Positions 11,356-25,710 are shown, counted from the first letter of the stretch. The stretch is DNA of 32,519 nt from Acidobacteriota bacterium (GCA_041160645.1 JBEAVZ010000303.1:1-32519), one strand, 5' to 3'. Numbers and translations: made by a program. Notes: generated from the sequence alone by a model not told the origin.

Positions 11356-12474
11356 ATGAACCTGACCTGGCTAGCGGCGACCGGATTTCGGAATCTCAGT
11401 GGGGTGGCAGAATTCACCGCCGGCCTCAATATCCTTCATGGGGCCAATGCCCAGGGGAAGACGAGCTGGCTCGAGGCGATCAGCCTGCTCGCCCTGACCA
11501 GGTCGTTCCGCACCACGGCGCCCCGCGAGGCGATCGAGTATGGCGCAAAGGAGGCGCTCCTCCGCGGCGCGGTCTGTCGCGGAACGCTCGTCAAAGAGCT
11601 GCAGCTGCTTCTCCAGCCCTCCGCCAAGCAGACCTTTCTCAACGGCAAGCGCGAAGTGACGACCCGCTACCTGGGCAATCTGGTCGTGATCGCCTTCACG
11701 GCCGATGAGATGGAGGTGGTCCGCGGCGCGCCCGAGGCGCGGCGCCGCTTTCTCGATCGCGGAATCTTCTCCATCCACCCGGCCTATCTCGGGACGTTGA
11801 CCGACTACAATCGGGTGCTCAAACAGAAGAACGCCCTTCTTCGCCAGGCGGCCGAGTCGGCCAATCCGCTCGCGGCGCGGCCACAGATCGAACCGTGGAA
11901 TGACCAGCTGCTCACGCTCGGGACGGCGATTCACCAGGCGCGCCTCGACTATGTCGCCCGCCTGCAGGCCGAGATCAACCCGACGCTCTTCCGCGCCGAG
12001 GAGATTCGCATCCGCTACCGCTCCTCCCTCGAGGGGCGGGGCGACACCGGAAACTATGCCGAGCTCCTTCGCGAAAGGCTCGCCTTGCGCCTTCCCAATG
12101 AGCTGGCGACCGGCTATGCGCTGGTTGGTCCGCATCGCGACGACCTCGAAGTGCTCAGTGACGGACGGGAGATCTCGCGGTTCGGCAGCTCCGGTCAGCA
12201 GCGGAGCGCGCTGCTCATTCTTGATCTGGCCCAGCTCAATGTGTACTATAAGACTTTTGAGGAGTATCCGATTTTTCTGATTGACGACCTCGATGCCGAA
12301 CTCGACCGCACCAGGATCGAAATTTTGTTGGACTATCTGGCGAACCGATCACAAACCATTGTCTCCACTTCAAAAAGGTCACTTGCGGACAGTTACCGCA
12401 ACCGAGCCACGCTGCTCGAGGTGGATGCAGGGCGGATCGTCGAGACACTTCCACCGGCCGGACCGCTGGTTTGA
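11356..12474 (+). CDS. recF: DNA replication/repair protein RecF
   Basis: 'FRNL', Walker A 'GANAQGKT', 'PEARRRFLD', 'GPHRDD', 'SSGQQR', Walker B 'LIDD..AELD'. Confidence 0.95.
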   Translation: MNLTWLAATGFRNLSGVAEFTAGLNILHGANAQGKTSWLEAISLLALTRSFRTTAPREAIEYGAKEALLRGAVCRGTLVKELQLLLQPSAKQTFLNGKREVTTRYLGNLVVIAFTADEMEVVRGAPEARRRFLDRGIFSIHPAYLGTLTDYNRVLKQKNALLRQAAESANPLAARPQIEPWNDQLLTLGTAIHQARLDYVARLQAEINPTLFRAEEIRIRYRSSLEGRGDTGNYAELLRERLALRLPNELATGYALVGPHRDDLEVLSDGREISRFGSSGQQRSALLILDLAQLNVYYKTFEEYPIFLIDDLDAELDRTRIEILLDYLANRSQTIVSTSKRSLADSYRNRATLLEVDAGRIVETLPPAGPLV

Positions 12475-15000
<2,526 letters not shown>

Positions 15001-15037
15001 GGGGGGCGTCAGGTTCATCCCCCTCACGCGAGGCGCC

Positions 15038-16033
15038 ATGTCAGACTATCGGTCACTCACCACCCCCGCCCTGATCGACCTTCTCTTTACCGAGGAGGAT
15101 CGTGTCACCACGGAGCATCTCGATGAGATCGTGCGGCGCGGTGATGAGCCATTGCCCCGTCTGCGCGAGATACTCCTCAACGACGATTACTGGTACGAGG
15201 GGCAGGGGGGGGACTTCTGGATCGAGCTTCACGTGGTGAGCATCCTCGCCCGGCGCGGCGATCCGGAGATTATTCCCGCGCTGGTCTCGCGCGTTCTGGT
15301 CGCTTGTTTTGCCGATTACGACTGGCTCCTCGACCGCTGGGCCGATCTCTTCTCCTGTTTTGGAGAGCCGGCCATCGAGCCATTGATCGCCCTCGTCAAT
15401 GAGCACCGCGGTGGCCATCGTGATGGCTCCGACTACACTGAGGCGCGGCTCCAGGCCGTCCGCGCGCTGACCTTTATTGGCCACTATCATCCGGCCACCC
15501 GTGGGCGGGTGCTCGACTTCCTCCACGCTCTGCTGGTCGACCCGACCGAAGACGATGCCGACCTGATCACCTCAATCATCGATTGCCCACTCATGCTCAA
15601 CCGTGAGCGGAGCCACGAGGCGGTTCGCGCTGCCTATCGGCGCGGCGTTGTCGATATCGGACGGGCCGGCGCCCTGCGCGAGCTGCTCCAGACGGCTACT
15701 CCCGGGCGGATCCGGCGCTTCTTTGAGCGGCCACTCCTCGACTTCCACACTCCCGAGGCGATTGCCTTCCGGCAGCAGATCTGGAACAGTCCGGACCCAC
15801 ACGCCCGCCTCGAGGAGCTCGAAGAGACCGGGCGTCACTGGATCGGATCCGCGCCCTTTCCGCCCCCGCTGGCCCACTTCTATCCCGATCCGCGCCTCTC
15901 CCCTGACTATCCGCGTCAGCCCCAGCCGTCGTCCGCGGCGGCTTCACCGGTCCGGGTCGGTCGGAACGATCCCTGCCCATGCGGCTCCGGCCGCAAATTC
16001 AAGAAGTGTTGTGACGCGGTCGCCTCCGCGTGA
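15038..16033 (+). CDS. Helical DUF1186-like protein with C-terminal SEC-C zinc-binding motif
   Basis: C-terminal 'RVGRNDPCPCGSGRKFKKCC'; HEAT-like helical body 'GEPAIEPLIAL', 'ARLQAVRAL'. Confidence 0.8.
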   Translation: MSDYRSLTTPALIDLLFTEEDRVTTEHLDEIVRRGDEPLPRLREILLNDDYWYEGQGGDFWIELHVVSILARRGDPEIIPALVSRVLVACFADYDWLLDRWADLFSCFGEPAIEPLIALVNEHRGGHRDGSDYTEARLQAVRALTFIGHYHPATRGRVLDFLHALLVDPTEDDADLITSIIDCPLMLNRERSHEAVRAAYRRGVVDIGRAGALRELLQTATPGRIRRFFERPLLDFHTPEAIAFRQQIWNSPDPHARLEELEETGRHWIGSAPFPPPLAHFYPDPRLSPDYPRQPQPSSAAASPVRVGRNDPCPCGSGRKFKKCCDAVASA

Positions 16034-16066
16034 CCCGGGTCTCCAGAAGGTGCAGGTAAAAAATGA

Positions 16067-16095
16067 TTGACACGGATCGCTTCCAGGGCTATTCT
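16067..16095 (+). promoter_or_regulatory. sigma70-type promoter upstream of mutS2-dnaG
   Basis: TTGACA (16067-16072), 17 bp spacer, TATTCT (16090-16095), with an A-tract upstream. Confidence 0.75.
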
Positions 16096-16275
16096 CCATT
16101 GTTTACGTCAAATCAAGAATAGATTGCGTTCAGTGCCGATGAGCAGGTGGGTGATCAGTGGCGATCGTCGGTTCGGGGCAGGGCGCCGGTGGTCAGATCC
16201 TGGTGGCCGCCGGGGGCTGGTGGCAGCAGAGCGGATCACTCTCCAGTTGACAAGCACAGTTTAATGGCAGGAATC

Positions 16276-18705
16276 ATGCAAAATTCGATTCAGACCCTTG
16301 AATTCGATCAGCTCAAGGGGCTGCTCCTGCAGCGAATCAGGACCCCACTGGGCGCGTCCCTCGTTGAGGATCTGAACATTCTCGACCGACCGGACCTGAT
16401 TGAGCGCGAATTGCGGCGCACCAGTGAAGGTGTTGCCTATCTCCGCCAGGGCACGGCGCTCGATCTCCACGATCTGCCCGATCCACGTCCGGCGCTGGCC
16501 AAGCTCAATGTCGCCGACATCAATCTTGAGCCATTCGAGATCCTCAATCTTCTCCGGACCATCTCCGTCGCCACCGGACTTCGCGAGACATTTCACGACG
16601 AGCTGGCGCGATTCCCCCTCTTTGGCGAGATCACCGAGCCATTGCCCAATCTGCGTCCCCTCTACCAGCGGCTCCGGGGGCGGATCTCCCCGACCGGGGA
16701 GGTTGAGGACTTTGCGAGCGCCGAGCTGCGCGAAGTCCGTTTCCAGATGGCGCGTCTGCGAACCCAGATCCATAAATCGCTCGAATCGATCCTCAAGCGG
16801 GCCGACGAGGCCCACGCGCTGCAGGATGAGTTCATCACGATTCGCAACGATCGTTATGTCATTCCAATCCGCAATGACAATCGTGGCGCGGTGACCGGGG
16901 TCGTGCACGGCATGTCTTCATCCGGCCAGACGGCCTTTATCGAACCGCTCGAGACGATCAACCAGAACAATGAGTTGGTCCGGTTGCGAGAGCTCGAGCA
17001 GGCGGAGATCGTCAAGGTCCTCTTCAAGATCACCGGCGAGTTGCGCGAGGAGCGTGACGCCATCCTTGCCATGGGCGAGGCGATCGGCCTGATCGACCTC
17101 ATCTCCGCGCGGGCCCGGCTGGCGATCGATCAGGACGCGCTCGAGCCGCGGATCAATTCCGAAGGGCGGTTCATTCTCCGTGAGGCGCGCCATCCGCTGC
17201 TCGAGGAGAGCCTGCGCCGCAGTGGGGGCCGAGTGGTCCCGATCACCTTTGAGATGGATGCGGCGCGGCGGGTCATGGTCGTGAGTGGTCCCAATGCCGG
17301 CGGCAAGACGGTCGTGCTGAAGACGGCCGGACTGCTCTCGATGATGGCCCAGGCCGGACTCCACGTGCCGGCGACCGAGGCCGATCTGCCGGTCTTTCGC
17401 CAGGTGCTGACCGATATCGGAGACCAGCAGTCGATTGCCGCCAATCTCTCGACCTTTACCGCCCACATTCAGAATATCCGCGCCATCAGCGACCACCTCG
17501 AGCCACCGGCGCTGATCCTGCTCGATGAGGTTGGGACGGGAACCGACCCGGAGGAGGGGTCGGCGCTGGCCGTGGCCATGGTCGACTATTTCCGTTCGCG
17601 CGGGGCCCATATCATCGTCACGACCCATTACAGTGGGCTGAAGGTCTATGCGACCAACACTCCGGGCGTGATCAACGCGAGCGTCGAGTTTGACGAGCGG
17701 ACGCTCAAACCAACCTACCGCCTGCTGACCGGCCTTGCCGGAGCCTCATCGGGGATCGAGATTGCCCGCCGTTTTGGCCTCCCCGCCGGCATCACTGAAC
17801 TGGCTGCCCGGAAAGTCCTGACGGCCAGCGCCGAAGCGGCCGAGTATCTGCGCCGGCTCAAGGAGCAGTTCGATGAGAACCTCCAGAATCTCGCCGCGCT
17901 CGAGGAGGAGCGGGCGGCGGTCGCTGCCAAGTATGCCCGGCTCGAGAACGACTTTGCGAAGCGTGACCGGGAGCGGGAGCGGGAGTTTCGAGAGGAGCTC
18001 CGCAAAGTTGTCGACGACTTCACCGTCCGGGCCGAACGGCTGACGGCGCAGATCGAGGACGCCGCCGAGCAGCGCCGCCTGAAGCGGGAGGTCGAGCGGC
18101 GGACCGTCGAACTGAAGACCCAGGCCAGCACGGTCGCCCGCGAGATGCACCAGAAGTATGTCGCCCCCGCTGCGGACGAGACCACGCCGGTCGCGGCGGA
18201 GCCGGTTGGCGAGTCGCTGCCGCCACCCCGTGAACTGCGCGTTGGCGACCGGGTCCGCCTCCTCGCCCTCGACCGGGAAGGCCTCGTCGAATCGGTCGGG
18301 CAGCACGAGGTGGTTGTCCAGGTTGGCGCTCTCCGCTTTCGCGAAAAGCCGGCTGACCTGCTGCTTCTCAACCCCAACGTGCCGACGGCCCGCGAGCAGA
18401 AGCTCTCGGTTGGCCTGCCCAAGGGAGTCTCCGTTTCACTCAACGAGAGCAAGTCGGTCCCCGGAAGCGAGCTCAATGTGATCGGCCAGACGGTCGACGC
18501 GGCCGTCCACGCCGCTGACAAATTTCTTGATGCGGCCTGGCTGGACAACTACGATCGCCTGCGCATCGTCCATGGTGTAGGCATGGGGGCGCTGAAGCGG
18601 GCCATAGCCGATCTGCTGGCCAGTCACCCCCACGTCAGCAAATTCTACCCGGCCGATCCTGGCGAAGGAGGGCAGGGGGCGACCATTGTCGAGTTGAAGA
18701 AGTGA
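16276..18705 (+). CDS. mutS2: Endonuclease / ribosome-collision factor MutS2
   Basis: 'TLEFDQL', '[14 protein letters not shown]', 'GPNAGGKT', '[12 protein letters not shown]', coiled coil, KOW and Smr ('HGVGMG') domains. ATG 16276 or 16264. Confidence 0.95.
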   Translation: MQNSIQTLEFDQLKGLLLQRIRTPLGASLVEDLNILDRPDLIERELRRTSEGVAYLRQGTALDLHDLPDPRPALAKLNVADINLEPFEILNLLRTISVATGLRETFHDELARFPLFGEITEPLPNLRPLYQRLRGRISPTGEVEDFASAELREVRFQMARLRTQIHKSLESILKRADEAHALQDEFITIRNDRYVIPIRNDNRGAVTGVVHGMSSSGQTAFIEPLETINQNNELVRLRELEQAEIVKVLFKITGELREERDAILAMGEAIGLIDLISARARLAIDQDALEPRINSEGRFILREARHPLLEESLRRSGGRVVPITFEMDAARRVMVVSGPNAGGKTVVLKTAGLLSMMAQAGLHVPATEADLPVFRQVLTDIGDQQSIAANLSTFTAHIQNIRAISDHLEPPALILLDEVGTGTDPEEGSALAVAMVDYFRSRGAHIIVTTHYSGLKVYATNTPGVINASVEFDERTLKPTYRLLTGLAGASSGIEIARRFGLPAGITELAARKVLTASAEAAEYLRRLKEQFDENLQNLAALEEERAAVAAKYARLENDFAKRDREREREFREELRKVVDDFTVRAERLTAQIEDAAEQRRLKREVERRTVELKTQASTVAREMHQKYVAPAADETTPVAAEPVGESLPPPRELRVGDRVRLLALDREGLVESVGQHEVVVQVGALRFREKPADLLLLNPNVPTAREQKLSVGLPKGVSVSLNESKSVPGSELNVIGQTVDAAVHAADKFLDAAWLDNYDRLRIVHGVGMGALKRAIADLLASHPHVSKFYPADPGEGGQGATIVELKK

Positions 18706-20558
18706 TGCGCATTCCCCGCGGTTTCAGTGACGAAGTTCGGCAGCAGGCCGATATCGTGCGGATCGTCTCCGATTACGTCTCGCTGAAGAAACGTGGGGCA
18801 AACCACTGGGCCTGCTGCCCCTTTCACAGCGAAAAGTCGCCCAGTTTCAGTGTCAACGGCGCCAAGCAGTTCTTCAAGTGTTTTGGATGCGGCAAGGCGG
18901 GAGACGTCTTCACCTTCGTCATGGAGATTGAAGGCAGTCCTTTCCCGGAAGCCGTCACCACGGTGGCCGCCAAGATGGGGATCCCCATCCCGGAGTTTGA
19001 GAGTTCCCGTGAGCAGGGAGAGGCAGATCGGCGCCGCGCCGACCTGCTCCAGCTCAACAAATGGGCGACGGAGTTCTTTGAACAGACGCTGACGACTACG
19101 GCCGAGGGGCGCCGGGGGCTTGAATACCTCAACCGGCGCGGCCTGACTGAGGAGACCCGGGCCCGTTTCCGGCTCGGCTACGCCCCACAGAGCTGGGAAG
19201 CTCTCGGCAATCATCTTCGCCAGATGGGCGCGGCCCGTCACCAGATCGAGGCCAGCGGTCTGGTCACCCTTCGGGACAATGGCAGCGGGTTCTATGATCG
19301 CTTCCGGAGCCGCCTGATCTTTCCGATCACCGATGCCCAGGGACGGATCATCGCCTTTGGAGGGCGCATCATTGGCGAGGGCGAGCCCAAGTATCTCAAC
19401 TCGCCCGAGACGTCCCTCTACACCAAGGGCCAGCATCTCTTCGGCCTCTACCAGGCCCGCGAGGCGATGCGCCAGCGCGGATACGCTATTCTCGTTGAGG
19501 GGTATCTCGACTTTCTGGTCCCGTACCAGGCCGGGGTGCGCAACCTTGTCGCCAGTCTCGGCACCGCGCTGACCGAACATCAGGTCCGGCTCCTTGGTCG
19601 CTATGTTCGCCAGATCATTGTCAATTTCGATCCGGATTCGGCCGGAGTGGCGGCGACCCGCCGCAGCCTCGAGGTTCTGCTCGCCAATGGCTTCAAGGTC
19701 AACGTGCTCACGCTGCCTGAAAACCTCGATCCGGACGAGTATGTCGGCAAGTATGGGGGGGAGGCCTACCTCAACCTCCTCCGCTCATCGAGCCGTTTTC
19801 TGGACTATATCGTCGAGCAGGCGATCCGGGCGCATGACCAGACCACCCCGGGGGGGAAAGTCGAAACAATTAATGACATTCTCCCGTACCTGCGTCTGGT
19901 TCGCGACCGGATCGAGCAGATTGAGTACGTTGGGAGGATCGCTGACCGGTTGCGCATCGACAGCCGGCTCATTCGCGAAGAGTTTCGGAAAGCGGTCGAG
20001 ACCCGCCAGGACCGGATACGTGACCAGGTCCGGGTCGCCACTCTGAGCGTCAAGCGGGCGGAACGGACACTTCTCGAGCTGATTCTGGCCGATCCGGAGA
20101 CCCGCCGCGCCGTCCTCGCCGCCCTCGATGAGGACGACTACCGGGGGCTTCGCACGGCCCGTCTCTTTGAAGTCCTGATCGAGATGCAGCAGCAGGGCGT
20201 CGAGCCGACCTGGACGGCCCTGACCGAGGCGGTCGATGATGAGGATCTGACCCGGGAGTTGCTGCCGGAATTGTTGAGCGGGAATGATCCCTGCCTCCTC
20301 CCGGAGGTCGTGGCGGCCAAGTCGCCCGACATTCTCCCGGAGATGACCCCGGAGACGATCAACGAACGAAAGCGGAAGGCTTACGAGAGCCTCCACGGAC
20401 TCCGTTGTGATCGACTTATCGAGCAGCAGGCCGCGCTCCAGATGGAGATCAATCAGGCGGAACGCCGCCAGGATCAGACGGCCCTCGACCAGCTCCACCG
20501 GCGCAAGTTTGAACTGGCCAAACTGGAGCGTGAGTTGACGAAATGGTCGAGCCGGTAA
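18705..20558 (+). CDS. dnaG: DNA primase
   Basis: Zn finger '[11 protein letters not shown]...CFGCG', 'KYLNSPET', TOPRIM 'VEGYLD', 'FDPDSAG', 'DPDE'. Confidence 0.97.
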   Translation: MRIPRGFSDEVRQQADIVRIVSDYVSLKKRGANHWACCPFHSEKSPSFSVNGAKQFFKCFGCGKAGDVFTFVMEIEGSPFPEAVTTVAAKMGIPIPEFESSREQGEADRRRADLLQLNKWATEFFEQTLTTTAEGRRGLEYLNRRGLTEETRARFRLGYAPQSWEALGNHLRQMGAARHQIEASGLVTLRDNGSGFYDRFRSRLIFPITDAQGRIIAFGGRIIGEGEPKYLNSPETSLYTKGQHLFGLYQAREAMRQRGYAILVEGYLDFLVPYQAGVRNLVASLGTALTEHQVRLLGRYVRQIIVNFDPDSAGVAATRRSLEVLLANGFKVNVLTLPENLDPDEYVGKYGGEAYLNLLRSSSRFLDYIVEQAIRAHDQTTPGGKVETINDILPYLRLVRDRIEQIEYVGRIADRLRIDSRLIREEFRKAVETRQDRIRDQVRVATLSVKRAERTLLELILADPETRRAVLAALDEDDYRGLRTARLFEVLIEMQQQGVEPTWTALTEAVDDEDLTRELLPELLSGNDPCLLPEVVAAKSPDILPEMTPETINERKRKAYESLHGLRCDRLIEQQAALQMEINQAERRQDQTALDQLHRRKFELAKLERELTKWSSR

Positions 20559-20581
20559 CCGTCGCCCGGTGCGGGCCGCTT

Positions 20582-20656
20582 TGCGATAATGTAATAAAAA
20601 ATCGATATATCCCGGAACCTATCGGCAACTTCCGGGCGTAGATATATAATGTAATA
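20582..20656 (+). promoter_or_regulatory. Tandem rpoD promoters with direct and inverted repeats
   Basis: TGcGATAAT (20582-20590); TCGGCA-17-TATAAT (20622-20650); ATAATGTAATA at 20586 and 20646; CCCGGAA-N12-TTCCGGG between them. Confidence 0.6.
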
Positions 20657-20722
20657 TTAGTTCTGTACTCAGACGCGCTGTCCCTCCCGATAATCGAAGG
20701 GCCGGTGAAAGGGGTGATCAAA

Positions 20723-22423
<1,701 letters not shown>

Positions 22424-22455
22424 GCCGACCGTCGGCAAGCTGCTGCCGCCAACCT

Positions 22456-22490
22456 GGCCCCGCTCGATCACCGATCGAGCCGGGGCCTTT
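22456..22490 (+). terminator. Probable intrinsic terminator of rpoD
   Basis: GGCCCC-GCTCGATC-acc-GATCGAGC-c-GGGGCC followed by TTT. Confidence 0.6.
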
Positions 22491-22532
22491 GCCACTGTAG
22501 TGACCTGGCACGTTTTAAGATTCAGCCGCCCT

Positions 22533-22586
22533 GACCGATGGGACCGGTAGGACCGGTAGGACAAGTAGGACCGGTAAGACCTGTAC
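22533..22586. repeat. Degenerate 9-bp tandem repeat, 6 copies, consensus GACCGGTAG
   Basis: gaccgatgg gaccggtag gaccggtag gacaagtag gaccggtaa gacctgtac. Confidence 0.9.
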
Positions 22587-22620
22587 AACGATGACGATCG
22601 ATTTGCGAATAAATCCGATT

Positions 22621-22649
22621 GGACTTATCAGTCCGATAAGTCCCGTTTT
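22621..22649 (+). terminator. Hairpin of related 9-mers followed by a short T-tract
   Basis: GGACTTATC-agtcc-GATAAGTCC-cgtttt. Confidence 0.45.
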
Positions 22650-22741
22650 CCTGCCGGCCATCCCCTGCCTGTCAGGCGGGTTCATAATGTGATTGCCCTG
22701 CCTTCCGGATACCGTTGCGGAAGGTCAATCGTTCGCTGGTG

Positions 22742-22771
22742 TTGACTTTACCGTATGAACAGGGGCACTAT
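22742..22771 (+). promoter_or_regulatory. Possible sigma70 promoter for methyltransferase-proS
   Basis: TTGACT-18-CACTAT. Confidence 0.4.
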
Positions 22772-22833
22772 CCGAATTTGTGCCGGTTGAGCACGCTGAC
22801 CAGACATTACTAATTATCTCCCAGGGAAACTCT

Positions 22834-23556
22834 ATGGTTCAGGAACATGCCTCGATGACCGTCTCACTCAACCAGTTTGCGGATCATGATCGCTACAATG
22901 GTTGGATCTACGAGGAGATCGAACAGGTTCTGGGGCGGCGAGTCCTCGAAGTCGGCTCCGGGACGGGCAACATCACGCGGTTTCTGGCGCAGGAGGACCG
23001 GCAGGTGGTGGCGACCGATGGTCTGCCAGCCTACCGGGAGCATTTGGGTCGACTCTACGAGGCCAATCCGCGTATCGAGGTGGGCGAATTTGATCTCAAC
23101 CGGGCGGCGCCGCCGGAGTATGTCGAGCGGCAGTTCGATTCGGTCGTCTGTCTGAACGTGCTCGAGCACATTGAGGACGATCTGGGCGCTTTGCGGGAGA
23201 TGCGGCGGGTCATTCGTCCCGGCGGCTATCTTGCGCTGCTCGTCCCGGCCCACCAGGTCCTCTACGGCAAGTTTGACGAGGCGGTTGGCCACTTCCGACG
23301 CTATTCGAAGGACCCGCTCCTCAAACTGCTCAAGCAGGCCGATTTCGAAGTGACCAGTATCAAATTTTTCAATATCACCGCCGTCATCCCGTGGCTGGTC
23401 AATGGAAGGATCTTCAAGCGCGACTACCTGCCAGAGGATCAGACGAGACTGGTCAATCTGCTGGTGCCGGTGCTGAAGCTGGAGCGCCTGATTGGGCCTC
23501 CCTGCGGGCTATCGCTGATCGCCCTCGCGAAAAAAATGGAAAGGTCAGAAAGTTAG
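22834..23556 (+). CDS. Class I SAM-dependent methyltransferase
   Basis: 'VLEVGSGTGN', 'FDSVVCLNVLEHIEDD', 'RPGG...VPA...D..VGHFRRY'. Start uncertain (22834, 22855 or 22780). Confidence 0.9.
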   Translation: MVQEHASMTVSLNQFADHDRYNGWIYEEIEQVLGRRVLEVGSGTGNITRFLAQEDRQVVATDGLPAYREHLGRLYEANPRIEVGEFDLNRAAPPEYVERQFDSVVCLNVLEHIEDDLGALREMRRVIRPGGYLALLVPAHQVLYGKFDEAVGHFRRYSKDPLLKLLKQADFEVTSIKFFNITAVIPWLVNGRIFKRDYLPEDQTRLVNLLVPVLKLERLIGPPCGLSLIALAKKMERSES

Positions 23557-23562
23557 AAAACC

Positions 23563-25350
23563 ATGCGTTGGTCGACATATTTTATCCCTACCTTGCGTGA
23601 AGTCCCGGCGGATGCCGAGGTCATCAGTCACAAGCTCCTGCTGCGGGCTGGTATGGTCCGGCAGCTGAGCGCCGGACTCTACTCCTATCTCCCGACGGCG
23701 CAGCGGGCAGTTCTGCGAATCTCCAATATCATCCGCGAGGAGATGACGGCGGTTGGCGCGCAGGAGTTCTTCCTGACCGCGCTCAATCCGGCCGAGCTGT
23801 GGCAGGAGAGTGGTCGCTGGACGCTCATGGGCCAGAATATGTTTCGCCTCAAGGATCGCAAAGGGGCCGAGATGTGTCTGGGGATGACCCACGAAGAGGT
23901 CATGACCGACATTGCCCGGCGGGAGTTGCGTTCGTACAAGCAGTTGCCGCAGGTCTGGTACCAGATCCAGACCAAGTTTCGTGATGAGGCGCGTCCCAAG
24001 TCGGGGCTCCTGCGGGTGCGGCAGTTTACGATGAAGGACGCCTATTCTTTTGATGTCGATCAGGCCGGGCTCGATCGTTCCTTCGAGGCCCAGCGCGAGG
24101 CCTACTGCCGGATCTTCTCGCGCTGTGGACTCGATTTCGTCATCGTCGACGCCGATAGCGGAGCGATGGGCGGATCGGCCTCCAATGAGTTCATGGTCTA
24201 CACCGATGCCGGTGAGGATCTCGTCGTCAGCTGTCCGCAGTGCCACTACGCGGCCAATCTCGAGAAGGCGACTTCGCGCATCGCGGTCGTCGATGATGGT
24301 CCTGCCGCGGCGGAGGTCGAGAAGTTCGCGACCCCAGGGGTGCGGACGATCGATGATCTGGTCAGGTTCCCGGGGGGCGCGACTGCGGATCGGCAGATCA
24401 AGACGCTTGTCTTCATCGCTGTCGCCGCCAAGGGGGATGACGCGCGAAACACCCCGGTCATGGCGCTGCTCCGTGGCGACCACTCGGTCAATGACGCCAA
24501 GCTCTCCAATGCGGCGGCGCGCCTGGTCAACCGGGATGGCTGGGAGCTGGTCAATCTCCGCGCGGCCCATCCGGAGGAGATCGTCGATCTGCTCGGGGCC
24601 CATCCGGGCAGTCTGGGCGCCGTTGGCGTCAAGGGGCCGTTGATCATCGTCGATGAGTCGCTCCGTGGCCGTCAGAATATGACGACCGGGGCCAACGAAG
24701 ATGATCATCACCTCCGCGGGGTCTCGGTTGAACGTGACCTGCAGCCTACCGCCTGGGCTGAGTTGCGGAATGTGGTCGAAGGGGAGACCTGTCCGAAGTG
24801 CGACGGGGCGCTGCACGTTGCCAAGGCGCTCGAGGTTGGTCACATCTTCAAGCTCGGAACCAAGTATTCGGTCGCGATGGGTGCCAGCGTGCTCAATGCC
24901 GATGGCAAAGAGACGCCGATCATCATGGGCTGCTACGGGATCGGGGTCGAGCGCATTCTCGCCGCGGCGATCGAGCGCAACCACGACGACGCCGGCATCA
25001 TCTTTCCGATCTCGATCGCCCCGTTCCAGGTCATCCTCAGTCCGCTCAATCTGAAGGATGAGGAGGTTCGAAAACTCGCGGAACAGCTCTATGAGGGGCT
25101 GCGAGCCGCGGGGATCGAGGTTCTCTATGATGACCGTGATGAACGCGCCGGGGTCAAGCTGAACGACGCCGATCTGGTCGGGTTCCCATTCCAGATCCGG
25201 ATTGGGCCGAAGAAGCTCAAGGAGGGCAAGGTCGAGTTCTACGATCGGGCCACCCGCGTCGCCGAAGATATCCCCGCCGACAGCACCCTCGAGGTCACCC
25301 TGGCCCGGGTCCAGGCGGCCCTCCGGGCGCTCAACCGCCAGAGCGACTGA
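23563..25350 (+). CDS. proS: Proline--tRNA ligase (bacterial type with INS editing domain)
   Basis: '[22 protein letters not shown]', '[10 protein letters not shown]', '[13 protein letters not shown]', '[10 protein letters not shown]', '[10 protein letters not shown]'. Confidence 0.97.
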   Translation: MRWSTYFIPTLREVPADAEVISHKLLLRAGMVRQLSAGLYSYLPTAQRAVLRISNIIREEMTAVGAQEFFLTALNPAELWQESGRWTLMGQNMFRLKDRKGAEMCLGMTHEEVMTDIARRELRSYKQLPQVWYQIQTKFRDEARPKSGLLRVRQFTMKDAYSFDVDQAGLDRSFEAQREAYCRIFSRCGLDFVIVDADSGAMGGSASNEFMVYTDAGEDLVVSCPQCHYAANLEKATSRIAVVDDGPAAAEVEKFATPGVRTIDDLVRFPGGATADRQIKTLVFIAVAAKGDDARNTPVMALLRGDHSVNDAKLSNAAARLVNRDGWELVNLRAAHPEEIVDLLGAHPGSLGAVGVKGPLIIVDESLRGRQNMTTGANEDDHHLRGVSVERDLQPTAWAELRNVVEGETCPKCDGALHVAKALEVGHIFKLGTKYSVAMGASVLNADGKETPIIMGCYGIGVERILAAAIERNHDDAGIIFPISIAPFQVILSPLNLKDEEVRKLAEQLYEGLRAAGIEVLYDDRDERAGVKLNDADLVGFPFQIRIGPKKLKEGKVEFYDRATRVAEDIPADSTLEVTLARVQAALRALNRQSD

Positions 25351-25413
25351 CCAGCGCGACCCATTGGTTGACGATCGGGGGCGCGCCCTCGGTTAATCTC
25401 CTGGCCAGGATCA

Positions 25414-25499
25414 GGCGGCGGCCACTACGTCCACTTCACCCGGCGCCGGGGAACTGCGGTTCCCACGGCGCCGGGGTGGAAGCGACTGGCCCATCCGCC
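25414..25499. other. Long GC-rich intergenic stem-loop
   Basis: Core CTTC-ACCC-GGCGCCG-GGGAAC-tgcg-GTTCCC-a-CGGCGCC-GGGGT-g-GAAG (25434-25482), with outer pairings GGCCA/TGGCC and GGCGG/CCGCC. Confidence 0.7.
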
Positions 25500-25622
25500 C
25501 ACTCTTCTCCCACTCCCCTGACCGAGACTCCACCTCTCCCGTCGTGATCATCTTGAAGTTGCCGATTTAGACAACGACCGCCCGCGCCAAAGCACTCGCC
25601 ATCTTTACCCCACAAATTATTC

Positions 25623-25652
25623 TTGGAATTCAGAGCCGCATCGTGCTAACTT
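25623..25652 (+). promoter_or_regulatory. Possible promoter of the DUF350-SLT pair
   Basis: TTGGAA-18-TAACTT with extended -10 TGc. Confidence 0.4.
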
Positions 25653-25710
25653 TCACCAGGCCATCATCTTTTGTGTTGCATACAATAAATCGGTCGAACA
25701 GGAGGAGCCA

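Noticed and set aside
16190-16230. GGTCAGATCC resembling the SRP RNA helix 8 sequence
   Set aside because: It lacks the GNRA tetraloop and the following GGAAGCAG.
20277-20296. 'GNDPC' in DnaG resembling the SEC-C motif of the nearby gene
   Set aside because: Only a short match with none of the other Cys ligands; likely chance.
20614-20640. GGAAC...CGTA as an ECF sigma promoter for rpoD
   Set aside because: The 18-nt spacing is longer than the usual 16-17; the inverted repeat explains the sequence as well.
22533-22586. CRISPR array, or a YRS-repeat peptide
   Set aside because: The units are 9 bp and contiguous with no spacers or cas genes. The YRS frame is simply the start of an rpoD antisense shadow ORF.
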